A stretch of 64,000 bases of DNA. It comes from Acidimicrobiia bacterium (GTDB lineage Bacteria > Actinomycetota > Acidimicrobiia > Spongiisociales > Spongiisociaceae). The translations under genes and the position numbers were made by a program. How positions within the stretch are numbered: the first letter of the stretch is position 1; every line of letters begins with the position of its first letter. The stretch is from assembly GCA_041576165.1 (NCBI GenBank), contig JBFGLM010000021.1:14908-78907 (forward strand), given 5' to 3'. Positions 1-9,829 of the stretch are shown here, piece by piece. The notes under the pieces were generated by a model. The model was given only the letters and a program-made list of their open reading frames with translations. It was not told where the DNA came from and ran no database searches.

Positions 1-224
1 CGCACCGCCAGGTGAAGCGGGGTGTCGCCCCCGTGGGTCCGCCGGACCTGTTCGATCTGGGCGAACCGATACAGCATGCCGAGATCGACGTAGTGGGGAT
101 CCGGGTCTGGGATCTTCCCCACGCGCTGCTCCCGGTTGGGGATGTCGTCGGGCACCTCGATGGTGGTCAGCTCGATCGGCTTGCCGTCGCCGGTCGGGTC
201 GTGGAACGTCACCGTGTCAGGCAC
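1..224 (-). CDS. 5' part of a gene running off the window; probable MoxR/CbbQ-type AAA+ ATPase partner of the vWA protein
   Basis: Not in the ORF track. GTG at 224 overlaps the vWA stop and reads VPDTVTFHDPTGDGKPIELTTIEVPDDIPNREQRVGKIPDPDPHYVDLGMLYRFAQIEQVRRTHGGDTPLHLAV without a stop to the window edge. The AAA call is inferred from context; a Walker A motif would lie just outside the window. Confidence 0.5.
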   Translation of the reverse strand, partial: MPDTVTFHDPTGDGKPIELTTIEVPDDIPNREQRVGKIPDPDPHYVDLGMLYRFAQIEQVRRTHGGDTPLHLAV

Positions 225-2337
225 TTTGTCGGTCCTTTCGTAGTACGGGTCCACGCCGTCCGGCGCGTATCCACCAGGTTTCTTCTCCAAAGAGGGCGAG
301 GCTTCGCCGCAATGCGCCGCGAACGCCATCCACCATCGACTGGGCAAGGACGTCCGGACGGCTGACGACCTCGCTGCGGCTGTAGGCAAGCTCAACCGTG
401 TCATCGCCGATGCCGATGCCGAGCACCGTGGTGCCCTGATGCTCGACGGCGTCGACCGCACCGGCGAGAGCCTCGACCGATCCGCGGGTCATCCCATCGG
501 CCAGCACCACCATCACCCGGACGTCGGCCCGCTGGGCGGCCATCCGCTGGGCGGCGTAGGTCACGTTGTATTCGTCGACGTTGGCCGCTTTCTCAAACAT
601 GGAGACGGGCGGTGTCTCGCGTGGGGCCCGCCGAGCCTGGGTGGCGGCATCGGCGGGCGACATGGCCGACCAGAACATGCCGGCCAGCACGTCCTCAGAC
701 CGGCGCCACGGCTCGTCGTAGCCGGAGATCAGGTAATGGTTGACCGTCGTTGTCAGCCGGTCCGCTGCCGCCCCCTGAGCGCGCCGGAGGGCCCCCCTCG
801 CGGAACTGCGGCGCCGGGTATAGCTCCACTCGGTGTCGCTGGGCCGGGCCGCGAATGCCCGGTTGAAGATGGCCACCTCGAAGGAAATCTGCAGCTGGTC
901 GCACATAGCGGCCAGCGTCCAGGCGCCCAGCATGGCGGCTGCCAGACCCCAAGGCGAGCGGTCACCGGGATGGCTCAGGCGGCGCGGCTGCAGCATCGAC
1001 GCCGACCCGTCGACCAGCAGACTGACTGCGTAGGAACGGCGCATCTGCAGCGACCGGCGTTCGAACATCCGCTCGTAGAGGCCGGCCCCGAGGAAGAGCG
1101 CCGAGTATGGCGACAGGTCCCCGGCGTCGTAACCCGAACGCAGTCCCCGCCGCTGGTTGGCGATGAACAGCGGATGGAGCTCTCCGGACACGTGACGCTG
1201 GTCGACGCCCCAGCGGGCGGCAGCCTCGTAGATCGCAGCCCGCCCATCCGTCGCGAACGAACGGAAGCGGTCCGGCACAGTGGACACGATCAGTTTGCCG
1301 CCCTGCCCGGTGGGGAGGTAGACCGTGGGCGACTGGCTGACCAGCAGGATCTGATCAGTCGCGTCATCGCCGCCAATTTCCGCATCGTCCTTCCGGCCGG
1401 ACTCGCCGGCGCGCGCTTCGGAGGCTTTCTTGGCTTCGTCGTACCCGGTGGTGTCCTGCACGACCGGGCTCAGCAGGCGGATCCGGTCCACACCCTCGGC
1501 GATCGAGTCGTGTTCGGCTGCTTCTCGAGTGTTGCGGTCGGCCACGGTTTCACTCTCAGCCATTTCCGTGACGAGACCGTGCAGGCGGGCGATCGTCAGC
1601 AGCTGGAGCGCCAGGTGACCCACCTCCCACGGACCCTCTGCGTCGGTTACCTGGTCGATGAACGCGGTCGCATCTCCGAGGGCGACGGCGGCCCGGGGAT
1701 CGATCTTGCGCTCCAGTTCTTCGCGTTCGGCGTAGCCACCGCTCAAGAGGAACGCGCTGAGCGCGTACTGACCCAGTGGGCCGGATTGGGAGATGGCTTC
1801 GGTGATGGACGCCCGATAGATGTCGGCGAGGACCGAGTGAGCTCCGGGATAGGTGCGCAGTCCGATCCGCTCCTGACGGGCGTCCTCCAGCGCGAAGAAC
1901 AGTGCTTCCGCGGCCCGACCGCCGGCCCGATCGAGTGCGTCGAGCAGCGCAAGCGGTTCTGCGGCCGGCTCCTTGTCGGGCGGCACCCACTCCGGTGGGA
2001 GGGGACGTCGTTCCTCGAAATCGGTGGACACGAGGTGCACAACCTCGTGCAGCGCGGAGGCCAGCGCGGTCTCCTCGGGGGTCACGGGTGCCCGGCGCCC
2101 GTACGCGGCCTGGAAGAGGCTGGGATCGACCACCACCTCGTTCTCACCGGCACGGGTTTCAGATCCCAGCGTGACACGCAGGTTCTCGTTACCGGACAAG
2201 CTCCGGGCAAAACGGGTCACTGCGCCCGCGACCCGCTGGTACCTGGCGACCACAGCCTCGATCGCCCGGTCTTCGGGCGCGAGAATCTCCATCAGCATCG
2301 AGCGGTCTCGTGAGGCCATAAGCCTCCATTGTCTCAC
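217..2337 (-). CDS. vWA (MIDAS) domain protein, CobT/NorD-like
   Basis: MIDAS motif LLVDGSASM, later VLADG and LGIGIG; N-terminal LHEVVH and LEDARQE motifs. The true start may be one of the next Mets. Confidence 0.75.
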   Translation of the reverse strand: MRQWRLMASRDRSMLMEILAPEDRAIEAVVARYQRVAGAVTRFARSLSGNENLRVTLGSETRAGENEVVVDPSLFQAAYGRRAPVTPEETALASALHEVVHLVSTDFEERRPLPPEWVPPDKEPAAEPLALLDALDRAGGRAAEALFFALEDARQERIGLRTYPGAHSVLADIYRASITEAISQSGPLGQYALSAFLLSGGYAEREELERKIDPRAAVALGDATAFIDQVTDAEGPWEVGHLALQLLTIARLHGLVTEMAESETVADRNTREAAEHDSIAEGVDRIRLLSPVVQDTTGYDEAKKASEARAGESGRKDDAEIGGDDATDQILLVSQSPTVYLPTGQGGKLIVSTVPDRFRSFATDGRAAIYEAAARWGVDQRHVSGELHPLFIANQRRGLRSGYDAGDLSPYSALFLGAGLYERMFERRSLQMRRSYAVSLLVDGSASMLQPRRLSHPGDRSPWGLAAAMLGAWTLAAMCDQLQISFEVAIFNRAFAARPSDTEWSYTRRRSSARGALRRAQGAAADRLTTTVNHYLISGYDEPWRRSEDVLAGMFWSAMSPADAATQARRAPRETPPVSMFEKAANVDEYNVTYAAQRMAAQRADVRVMVVLADGMTRGSVEALAGAVDAVEHQGTTVLGIGIGDDTVELAYSRSEVVSRPDVLAQSMVDGVRGALRRSLALFGEETWWIRAGRRGPVLRKDRQSA

Positions 2338-2413
2338 ATGTCCCGTCCGCTCAAACCCGGTGCTGGGCTTGCTTTTCCGGACGGCGGGCCGGTTTCTTCG
2401 TTAGCGTCGCCGA

Positions 2414-3274
2414 ATGGAGTTCCGGGAACACCGAGTCCCATCCGAGGGTGCGGAGCTGTACGTGCGGGAGTACGGATCGAGTGATGCTCCGCTGCTGATC
2501 GCTCTGCACGGCTGGCCCGATTCCAGCCGGGGCTGGTCGGAGGCGGCCCCCCTGCTGGCCGAGCACTTCCGCGTTCTGGTGCCGGACAATCGAGGATTCG
2601 GACGCTCAGACAAACCGGTGGGGACGGCCGCGTATCGAATGGGCCGTCTCGTAGGCGACGTGGCCGCACTGGGTGCGTGGGCGGGGGTCGCGCGCTTCTA
2701 CCTGACGGGGCACGACTTCGGATCTGTGGTGACGTGGGGTTCGTGCATGTTTGCTCCGACGATGGTGGAACGGGCCGTCACCATGGCCGGCCCCCATCCG
2801 ATGCGCATGAAGTCCGCCGCCGGCGACCTCCGCCAGCTCATGAAAGCGGCATACACCTTTTTGATGAATGCCGGCCCGGAGGGAGAAGCGCTACTCGCCG
2901 CCCAGAACTTCCGGCTGCTCGAACGCCTGGCGTTCGGGACCAACCCGGCAATCAGCGAGGACGCGCGGGCCGCCTACCGGCAGGAATGGTCTCAAACGGG
3001 AACCTTCACCGCGATGGCTGAGTGGTACCGAGCCCATTACTCACCGAGCCTCCTCAACCCCGACGTGCCACTCGAGTTGCCGAAGACGGAGGTTCCGATT
3101 CGCTACATCCACGGAACCGACGACTTTGCGTTCATCCCCGAACTGGCCGAGACGAACGAGCCGTTTGTGGCGGGACCCTACGACCACGTCCTGATCGACA
3201 CGACGCACTGGATGCTCTACGAACGTCCTCGCGAGGTTGCGGATCTGATCACCGGATGGATGCTCAGCGACTGA
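2414..3274 (+). CDS. alpha/beta hydrolase, epoxide hydrolase-like
   Basis: HGWPD, DNRGFGRS, GHDFG nucleophile motif, C-terminal HW. Confidence 0.85.
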   Translation: MEFREHRVPSEGAELYVREYGSSDAPLLIALHGWPDSSRGWSEAAPLLAEHFRVLVPDNRGFGRSDKPVGTAAYRMGRLVGDVAALGAWAGVARFYLTGHDFGSVVTWGSCMFAPTMVERAVTMAGPHPMRMKSAAGDLRQLMKAAYTFLMNAGPEGEALLAAQNFRLLERLAFGTNPAISEDARAAYRQEWSQTGTFTAMAEWYRAHYSPSLLNPDVPLELPKTEVPIRYIHGTDDFAFIPELAETNEPFVAGPYDHVLIDTTHWMLYERPREVADLITGWMLSD

Positions 3275-3302
3275 GCCTCGCACCGGGCATTCAGATCGGG
3301 AG

Positions 3303-4136
3303 TCAGGCGAGCAACGCCAGCACCAGGCTGATCGCCGCGACCGCGGCGGCGAGCAGAGTCCTTTTGACGTCGTCCTTGGGCACAGGAGCCAGATAGAGCC
3401 AAGCCGAGATGACCGCGACCCCTGCCAGCAGACCGCCCACGTGGGCCTGCCAGGCGATGTTGAGCCCGGGGGCGAGGAACGGCAGTGCCAGGTTGATCAG
3501 CAGCAGGACTGCCAGGTTGCGGAATTGGGCGGCTCCGGCCGGCGTGTTGCGCATTCGATAGGAGGCACCGATCCACGCTCCGAACAGGCCGAAGATCGCT
3601 CCGCTGGCACCCACGGCGGCGTTGTCGCCACCGAAGTACAGAAACGCCGCACCACCGGCCAGGGCCGATGCGATGTACAACATCACGAATGGGAGGCTGC
3701 CAAACCGTCGCTCCAGCGATGGGCCGAATAGGTACAGGGCGTACATGTTGAACGCAATATGCATCACGCTGCCGTGGAGGAACGCCGCGGTTACCAGGCG
3801 CCAATACTCGCCGGCCCGGACGAACTCGTTGATCTGGGCGAAGTCGAGCTGGAACGACGCAGAACCCCGCTGCACGAAGAACACGAGAATTGTGAGCGCA
3901 ATGATGCCGGTGACGACCGGCGAGCTCGAGCGGGTTTGCCGCGCGCGAATAACCCGGGTCGTTCCCGCCCGGGCGACGCATTCGGGGCACCGCTGGCCGA
4001 CCGCGGCGTCGTAGCTGCAATCCGGGCATATCGAGCGCCCGCATTGGGAGCACGAAAGGTGAGTAACCCGGTCGGTGTGGCGGTAGCAGACCGGGGCCGC
4101 GCTGAGGTCGGCCGGGTCGCGGGGCTCAGGGTTCAT
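3303..4136 (-). CDS. rhomboid intramembrane serine protease with N-terminal B-box zinc finger
   Basis: CYRH..CSQCGRSICPDC..CPEC, WR motif, HIAFN, GASG, AHVGG; start chosen at the ATG 6 nt after TACACT. Confidence 0.9.
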   Translation of the reverse strand: MNPEPRDPADLSAAPVCYRHTDRVTHLSCSQCGRSICPDCSYDAAVGQRCPECVARAGTTRVIRARQTRSSSPVVTGIIALTILVFFVQRGSASFQLDFAQINEFVRAGEYWRLVTAAFLHGSVMHIAFNMYALYLFGPSLERRFGSLPFVMLYIASALAGGAAFLYFGGDNAAVGASGAIFGLFGAWIGASYRMRNTPAGAAQFRNLAVLLLINLALPFLAPGLNIAWQAHVGGLLAGVAVISAWLYLAPVPKDDVKRTLLAAAVAAISLVLALLA

Positions 4137-4193
4137 GGGCACAGTGTATGGGTCTCGGACTTTACGCAGGCATAAAGCCTGACGGTGGTCGAC

Positions 4194-5114
4194 TCAAGCC
4201 GAGGCGGCGAAAGGTTGTATGACCCGCCGCATCCGGCGTCGGACCTGGCGCATCCGGAGCCGGTAGTAGTAGCGGCCGACGACACCAAAGCCTCGCAGCC
4301 GGTCTGCGGCGCTGATGTCGGGGATGCGAGCGACGAGCCGTGCCACCAGCCCGCAGAATTGGAGGCGTTGGGTCCGGGCGCTGACGCTGGACCGCACGCC
4401 GCGCCGGCCTGTGTAGCGGCGGAACGCTTCCGGGCCGGAGGGCGGCGTCGAGTAAGTGCGTCCGCACAGAAACTCGGGTACGTGAGCCCACGGCCCGGCA
4501 ATGGCCAGCTCGCACGCAAACGCGAGATCACCAAACTGCATCGGACGGATGAGCCCCGTCGCCGTCAGCGCCGACCGGCGGACGAGCGTATACACCGGGT
4601 CGATCCAGAATGGGGAACCGGTGAGGAGCGTGAGGATCTCGGCCAGGCGATCAACGGGATGGTCCGATGTCACCCGGGGGCCTGTGTACCGCTCGCGGTG
4701 TTGGGTGCCGTCGGGTTCGACATACTCCTGATAGCTGGTCACGGCGACGACGTCCGGCCGGCTGTCGAACGCAGTGACGAGGCGCGCGAGATAGTCGGGC
4801 TCCAACCAATCGTCGTCGCCCATCCACCGGAACAACTCGCCCGTAGCCAACTGAGCCACCGCGGCAAAGTTCCCGTTCTGGCCCAGGTTCTCGGGATGAC
4901 GGACGTACCTCACCCGTGAATCCGTCGCGGCGTACGCCTCCATCACGGCCTCGGTGCCGTCGGTGGAACCGTTGTCGGCGACGATGAGCTCGAAGTCGCT
5001 GAATGTCTGCTGGAGAACAGAATCGACGGCCATCTCGATGGTCTGCCTGCTGTTGAAGACCGGCATTCCAATCGTGACGCGCGGCGACCCCGGCCTCGCC
5101 TCGTTCACGCTCAT
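4194..5114 (-). CDS. glycosyltransferase family 2
   Basis: IGMPVFN, DNGSTDGT, GDDD (DxD) motifs; GGAGG SD before the ATG at 5114. Confidence 0.85.
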   Translation of the reverse strand: MSVNEARPGSPRVTIGMPVFNSRQTIEMAVDSVLQQTFSDFELIVADNGSTDGTEAVMEAYAATDSRVRYVRHPENLGQNGNFAAVAQLATGELFRWMGDDDWLEPDYLARLVTAFDSRPDVVAVTSYQEYVEPDGTQHRERYTGPRVTSDHPVDRLAEILTLLTGSPFWIDPVYTLVRRSALTATGLIRPMQFGDLAFACELAIAGPWAHVPEFLCGRTYSTPPSGPEAFRRYTGRRGVRSSVSARTQRLQFCGLVARLVARIPDISAADRLRGFGVVGRYYYRLRMRQVRRRMRRVIQPFAASA

Positions 5115-5228
5115 TGCGTCCTCCGGAACCTCGAGTCTATGCAAGGTGGCGCCTCAAACACGGAACGTGGTGACGGCGTACAGAGCCTGACAAGCCATAA
5201 GCGCTGCCCATGTTTCTAACATCGTCTG

Positions 5229-6479
5229 ATGCACTTTGATGCGACGACACTTCCATCCGGCCTGCGCGTGCTCACCGAGCACATCCCCGGGATCCGCTCG
5301 GTGGCAGTGGGCTGCTGGGTTGACACAGGCACGCGCGACGAACGGCCCAGCGAGGCCGGCGCCTCCCACTTCCTGGAACACCTGCTGTTCAAGGGTTCGG
5401 AGCGCCTGTCGGCACGCGATATCTCTCAGACATTCGATGCGATTGGCGCCCAGTCCAATGCGTTCACAAGCAAGGAGTACACCTGCTTCTGGGCACGGCT
5501 CCTGGACACCGAACTGGAGACCGGCATCGATCTCCTGGCGGAGATGCTGCAACGGCCGGCCTTCCGGCCCAAGGACATCGATTCGGAGCGGCAGGTCGTC
5601 ATCGAGGAGATCAACATGACCGACGATGATCCCTCCGACGTTGCGGTCGAAGCGTTCACCCGCTCACTGTTCGCCGGCCATCCGCTGGAGGCCCCGGTGC
5701 TGGGGACCCGAGAGTCGATCACTGCGATGACGCCGGAGGACATTGGTGGCTATTGGGACCGGCGCTACGGGTCGGCGACCACGGTCGTCGCGGTAGCCGG
5801 CAGCGTGGAACATCAGCGGGTAGTCGACTTGGTCGACAAATACTTCGGTGAATGGTCGGAGGACGAATCCGGCCGTGGTCTGGCGCAGCCGTCGATCAAA
5901 CCGCGGGTGGAGGTGGTCGAGCGACCGACGGAGCAGACTCACTTGGTGATCGGTGGCGAGTCGATCACGCGGACCGACGACGCCCGTTACGTCGATTCGG
6001 TGATGCACCACATCCTCGGCGGGGGCATGTCGTCGCGTTTGTTCCAGTCGATCCGGGAGGAGCGGGGCCTGGCCTATGCGGTCCAGAGTTTCTCGATGCC
6101 GTTCGCCGACACTGGGGCATGGGCGGTGTACGTGGGCACCACTCCCACGATGACGGGCACGGTGATCGAGCTCGTGCTGGATGAAGTCCAGCAACTGGCT
6201 ACGTCGGGGGTCACCGAGGACGAGCTCGAACGCGCCAAAGGGCACATGCGCGGCGCACTGGCCCTCTCGATGGAAGATGCCAACTCGCGCATGAATCGTC
6301 TTGGCCGGGCCGAGCTGCTGGGTTTGCCGCATTTGAGTCTGGATGAGCGCCTCGCCAGAGTCGAGGAGATCACGGCGGACGACATACGCGATCTGGCGGC
6401 CAAGACTCTCACCGGGCCCAGGGTCATTGGCGCGACCGGCCCCTTCGAGTCCGACCAGCTCGCAAGGTACGTGACATGA
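5229..6479 (+). CDS. M16 (pitrilysin) family zinc peptidase
   Basis: HFLEH inverted zinc motif, NAFTSKE, SSRLFQSIREERGLAY; usual position upstream of dapB. Confidence 0.92.
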   Translation: MHFDATTLPSGLRVLTEHIPGIRSVAVGCWVDTGTRDERPSEAGASHFLEHLLFKGSERLSARDISQTFDAIGAQSNAFTSKEYTCFWARLLDTELETGIDLLAEMLQRPAFRPKDIDSERQVVIEEINMTDDDPSDVAVEAFTRSLFAGHPLEAPVLGTRESITAMTPEDIGGYWDRRYGSATTVVAVAGSVEHQRVVDLVDKYFGEWSEDESGRGLAQPSIKPRVEVVERPTEQTHLVIGGESITRTDDARYVDSVMHHILGGGMSSRLFQSIREERGLAYAVQSFSMPFADTGAWAVYVGTTPTMTGTVIELVLDEVQQLATSGVTEDELERAKGHMRGALALSMEDANSRMNRLGRAELLGLPHLSLDERLARVEEITADDIRDLAAKTLTGPRVIGATGPFESDQLARYVT

Positions 6480-7246
6480 AAGTCGGCGTGTCGGGCGCGG
6501 CCGGGCGGATGGGGCGGCTAACGGTGTCCGTCGTCCAGGACTTGGAGGGAGCGGAGATCCACGGCCTTTATGCCCCCCGTCACGGTGGTGAGGAGATCGG
6601 GGGCCTTTTGTGCTCGGACCGGCCTGACGCCCTCGCCGGATGCGACGTGATCGTTGAGTTCACGACTCCGCAAGCCGCCGCCATCAACGTTCCTGTATGG
6701 CGCGAGCTGGGTGCGCACGTGCTCATCGGTACCTCCGGCTACACCGTCGAGAAGCTCGCCCAACTCCGTGCGGAGTGGGGAGACGGCTCGTCGCGCTGTC
6801 TCGTGGTTCCCAACTTCGCCATCGGCGCGGTGCTGATGATGCGTTTCTCGGAGCTCGCCGCGCCGCATTTCGAATCCGCCGAGATCATCGAGATGCATCA
6901 CCGCGACAAACCCGATGCGCCGTCGGGCACCTCCTTGGCGACGGCTGCTCGCATGGCAGACGCCCGGCGTGGCGCAGCCGCGAGCGAGCCGGCGTCCCGC
7001 GGCACCGAGATCGCACCGGGGGCGCTCGGCGCCGACATCGATGGCGTGGCGGTCCATTCCTTGCGGCTGGAAGGATCGATTGCCCATCAGGAGGTCGTGC
7101 TGGGCACGACCGGCCAGTACCTCACGATCCGCCACGACACCACCAACTACGCCGCCTTCGCTCCGGGCATCGCCCTGGCCGTGCAGCACATCAGTGACCT
7201 GCCCGAGCCCGTCACGGTTGGACTCGAAGCGCTTTTGGGTGTGTAG
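6476..7246 (+). CDS. dapB: 4-hydroxy-tetrahydrodipicolinate reductase
   Basis: GAAGRMG, PNFAIG, EIIEMHHRDKPDAPSGT. Confidence 0.95.
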   Translation: MKVGVSGAAGRMGRLTVSVVQDLEGAEIHGLYAPRHGGEEIGGLLCSDRPDALAGCDVIVEFTTPQAAAINVPVWRELGAHVLIGTSGYTVEKLAQLRAEWGDGSSRCLVVPNFAIGAVLMMRFSELAAPHFESAEIIEMHHRDKPDAPSGTSLATAARMADARRGAAASEPASRGTEIAPGALGADIDGVAVHSLRLEGSIAHQEVVLGTTGQYLTIRHDTTNYAAFAPGIALAVQHISDLPEPVTVGLEALLGV

Positions 7247-7283
7247 CGCCGGATTCCAATCAGCGACTAGTACGCTGCGCGGC

Positions 7284-7751
7284 GTGACCCGCTGGCTGGA
7301 TGATGCCGAGATGGAGGTCTGGGAGCCGTTCGTCGTGGCGACCATGAACCTGTTTGCCATGCTCGATGCCGAGCTGAAGGAAGCGTTCGATATCACGCAT
7401 CTCGATTACGGGCTGCTCACTCAGATGAGCCGCCGGCCGGGCGGCAGGCGCATGTCGGACCTCGCCGACACTTTCGGGGTCGACCCGAGCGTCGTTACGT
7501 ACCGCGTGGGCCGGATGGAGCAACGCAACCTGGCCAAGCGGGTGGAATGCCCCACCGACCGCCGAGGGGTGCTGGCCGTGCTGACCGATGCGGGGCGCCG
7601 CCTGCTGGAAGAAGCTGCTCCGATGCATGTCGCGTCGGTGCGGCGCCTGTTCCTCGACCAACTTGATCGCGCCGACTATCCGGCGTTGGGAGGCTCGTTC
7701 CGTCGTATCCGGGGGAGCCAGATACCAGCAAGCAACGCTCAGGCGCTGTGA
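7284..7751 (+). CDS. MarR family transcriptional regulator
   Basis: C-terminal part of ORF 6915..7751: VTRWLDDAE...RMSDLA...DRRGVLAVLTDAG; GTG start 7 nt after TACGCT. Confidence 0.85.
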   Translation: MTRWLDDAEMEVWEPFVVATMNLFAMLDAELKEAFDITHLDYGLLTQMSRRPGGRRMSDLADTFGVDPSVVTYRVGRMEQRNLAKRVECPTDRRGVLAVLTDAGRRLLEEAAPMHVASVRRLFLDQLDRADYPALGGSFRRIRGSQIPASNAQAL

Positions 7752-7773
7752 CGACAGGAAACGTACCCGCAGG

Positions 7774-8106
7774 TCAGGCGCGCTCGACTGCGGCCGCCAG
7801 CAGTCCGCCATAGACGAGAGCCGTGCCGAGCACGATGACGGTCGCCAGGTTCCACTGGCGACTCAAGGGTGGGCGCTCACCGCTCAGGCGGGTATGCAGC
7901 ACGCCGACGAGTATCCAGAGCAGCATGTCAACCGGCCAGGCCAGGACCAGGTCGCTCCCTCCCAGGACGGTGATGATCCCAGACACCGGCGCACCCGCGA
8001 AGAGCAAAGTGAATGCGCCCCACTCGCACATTCCCAGACAACCATCGCGACCTTCGAGTGTGATGCCGGTGCTCCACAGCAGCGCGCCGGCGACGACCAG
8101 TGTCAA
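7774..8106 (-). CDS. small integral membrane protein, unknown function
   Basis: Several hydrophobic segments; directly downstream of the cyclophilin gene; start uncertain. Confidence 0.6.
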   Translation of the reverse strand: MTLVVAGALLWSTGITLEGRDGCLGMCEWGAFTLLFAGAPVSGIITVLGGSDLVLAWPVDMLLWILVGVLHTRLSGERPPLSRQWNLATVIVLGTALVYGGLLAAAVERA

Positions 8107-8174
8107 TGCGGCCCATGTGACCGCTGCGCAGCCGACACCCGCTTGCGGATCGGCGGCCGGCGGTGTGGGCGTGG

Positions 8175-8681
8175 TCAGGACTCCCGGATCTCGACCGAGC
8201 TGATGACGCAGTCCTCGAGCGGTCGTTCGCCGGAACGGGGTGCCGCAGCGATGGAATCGACCGCGTCCATCCCATCGGTCACCTTCCCGAAGATTGTGTA
8301 CGCATGCGGAAGGCTGACGTCATCGAGACATATGAAGAACTGCGACCCGTTGGTATTGGGCCCGGCGTTGGCCATGGCCACCGTGCCGCGAGCATACGAA
8401 CCGTCGCCATCCAGCTCGTCCCGGAATTTGTAGCCGGGACCGCCGCTCCCGCTGCTGGTTGGGTCACCGCCCTGAATCACGAAACCGGGGACGACCCGGT
8501 GGAAGATCACCCCGTCGTAGAACCCCTCCCCGGCCAGGAAAAGCCAGTTGTTGACGGTTATGGGAGAGCGCGCTGCGTCAAACTCGATCGATATATCACC
8601 GTGGTTGGTGCGGAGGACGGCGCTGTAGGTCTTGTCGAGATCGACTGTGAGGTCGGGAGGGCTGGCGTATTGCTTCGCCAT
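8175..8681 (-). CDS. cyclophilin-type peptidyl-prolyl cis-trans isomerase
   Basis: FYDGVIFHRVVPGFVIQGGDP, AMANAGPNTNGSQFFI; start MAKQY after AAAGG. Confidence 0.93.
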   Translation of the reverse strand: MAKQYASPPDLTVDLDKTYSAVLRTNHGDISIEFDAARSPITVNNWLFLAGEGFYDGVIFHRVVPGFVIQGGDPTSSGSGGPGYKFRDELDGDGSYARGTVAMANAGPNTNGSQFFICLDDVSLPHAYTIFGKVTDGMDAVDSIAAAPRSGERPLEDCVISSVEIRES

Positions 8682-8906
8682 GTGACGGCCTTTCTTCTGA
8701 TTCATCGTGCGCCGGGTCGGGCGGGTGCCGGCGCCTGCACCGGGGTGGGGACACCCGCGAGTCAGCTCAGCGCCGTTCGAGAGGCTAGGCGGATCGGCGG
8801 CATGTCCAAAAGCGTGGAGCTGCGGCAGCGCCACCGACGAACCTAGTCTCTGGCATGTACCTGAAATCGATTGGCAACCGGTGTTCCGGTCCGATGGAGG
8901 TGGCGG

Positions 8907-9806
8907 ATGATCGATCCCGAACACGTCGTCATTGAAGAGGAAGTCGATGGCGCAGTCGTTCAGCTGATGTACGTCGAGACCTGGGACGGTTTGTACACGC
9001 CGATCGGGGTCCGCAAGCCGGACGGGGATGGCCCGTTCCCGATGGTGTTGTTGGCTTCCGGCAATGGTGGGGAAGGCATGCCGTGGGTCCGGGCTGCGGT
9101 GCGGGAGCGGGGTTACATCATGGATCGGCTCGTGGACGCCGGATATTCCTCTGCCTGGCTGCGGTACCGGACCGAAGTCGAGCTCGGATACAACCAGGGC
9201 GGCGCGTTGATCCGCGACATGCGGCAAGGCCGGGAACTGTTCAGCCGGGCTCCCCTGGAGTACGAGGACGAGATCGCCATCATCGATCACGTCAAAGCGT
9301 TGCCCTATGTGGAGCCGGACCGGATCGGTCTGATCGGCATGAGTCACGGGGGCGAGATGGCGCTCAAGGTGACGTCGGAGTATCACGGCGTGGCGGCGGC
9401 GGTGGCGAGCGAACCGGCGGCCCATGAGTTTCTGGCCCTCACCCCAGACTCGACTGCCTTCGTGGATGAACGAACCCAGCTCCGCAACATCGAGGCCATG
9501 CAGATGGCGCAGGTCTCCAAGGTGCGTCGCCACATAGACCTGGATGCAGCGACGGCCCGGATCGAGACGATAGAGACGCCGATACTGGTCATGGGCCGCG
9601 AGCGGGATCACCTGCAGGGCATCTTCCGGACGACCTATGAGCTGCTCGCTGAGGCCGGTAAAGATGTCGAGTGGATCTCTTACGACCACGACGTGCACGG
9701 CTACGTGTATCCCACGCGCAACGAGGAAGGCGACTACGACGTCGACGAGGTCCAGCTGGAGGCGATCGCGTATGTCATCAGCTGGCTGGACCGCTATCTG
9801 AAGTGA
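8907..9806 (+). CDS. alpha/beta hydrolase (S9/dienelactone hydrolase-like)
   Basis: RIGLIGMSHGG nucleophile elbow, C-terminal HG; GGAGG SD. Confidence 0.75.
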   Translation: MIDPEHVVIEEEVDGAVVQLMYVETWDGLYTPIGVRKPDGDGPFPMVLLASGNGGEGMPWVRAAVRERGYIMDRLVDAGYSSAWLRYRTEVELGYNQGGALIRDMRQGRELFSRAPLEYEDEIAIIDHVKALPYVEPDRIGLIGMSHGGEMALKVTSEYHGVAAAVASEPAAHEFLALTPDSTAFVDERTQLRNIEAMQMAQVSKVRRHIDLDAATARIETIETPILVMGRERDHLQGIFRTTYELLAEAGKDVEWISYDHDVHGYVYPTRNEEGDYDVDEVQLEAIAYVISWLDRYLK

Positions 9807-9829
9807 GGCCGGGCCCGAGACCCGCTAAT

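Noticed and set aside
439-2313. Long antisense ORFs (this one and 46133..48583, 37036..38766, 32694..34583, 53399..54739)
   Set aside because: Shadow ORFs opposite well-supported genes, expected in high-GC DNA; no motifs.
8175-9698. 507-aa cyclophilin fusion
   Set aside because: The extension is antisense to the hydrolase at 8907; an SD-supported start lies at 8681.
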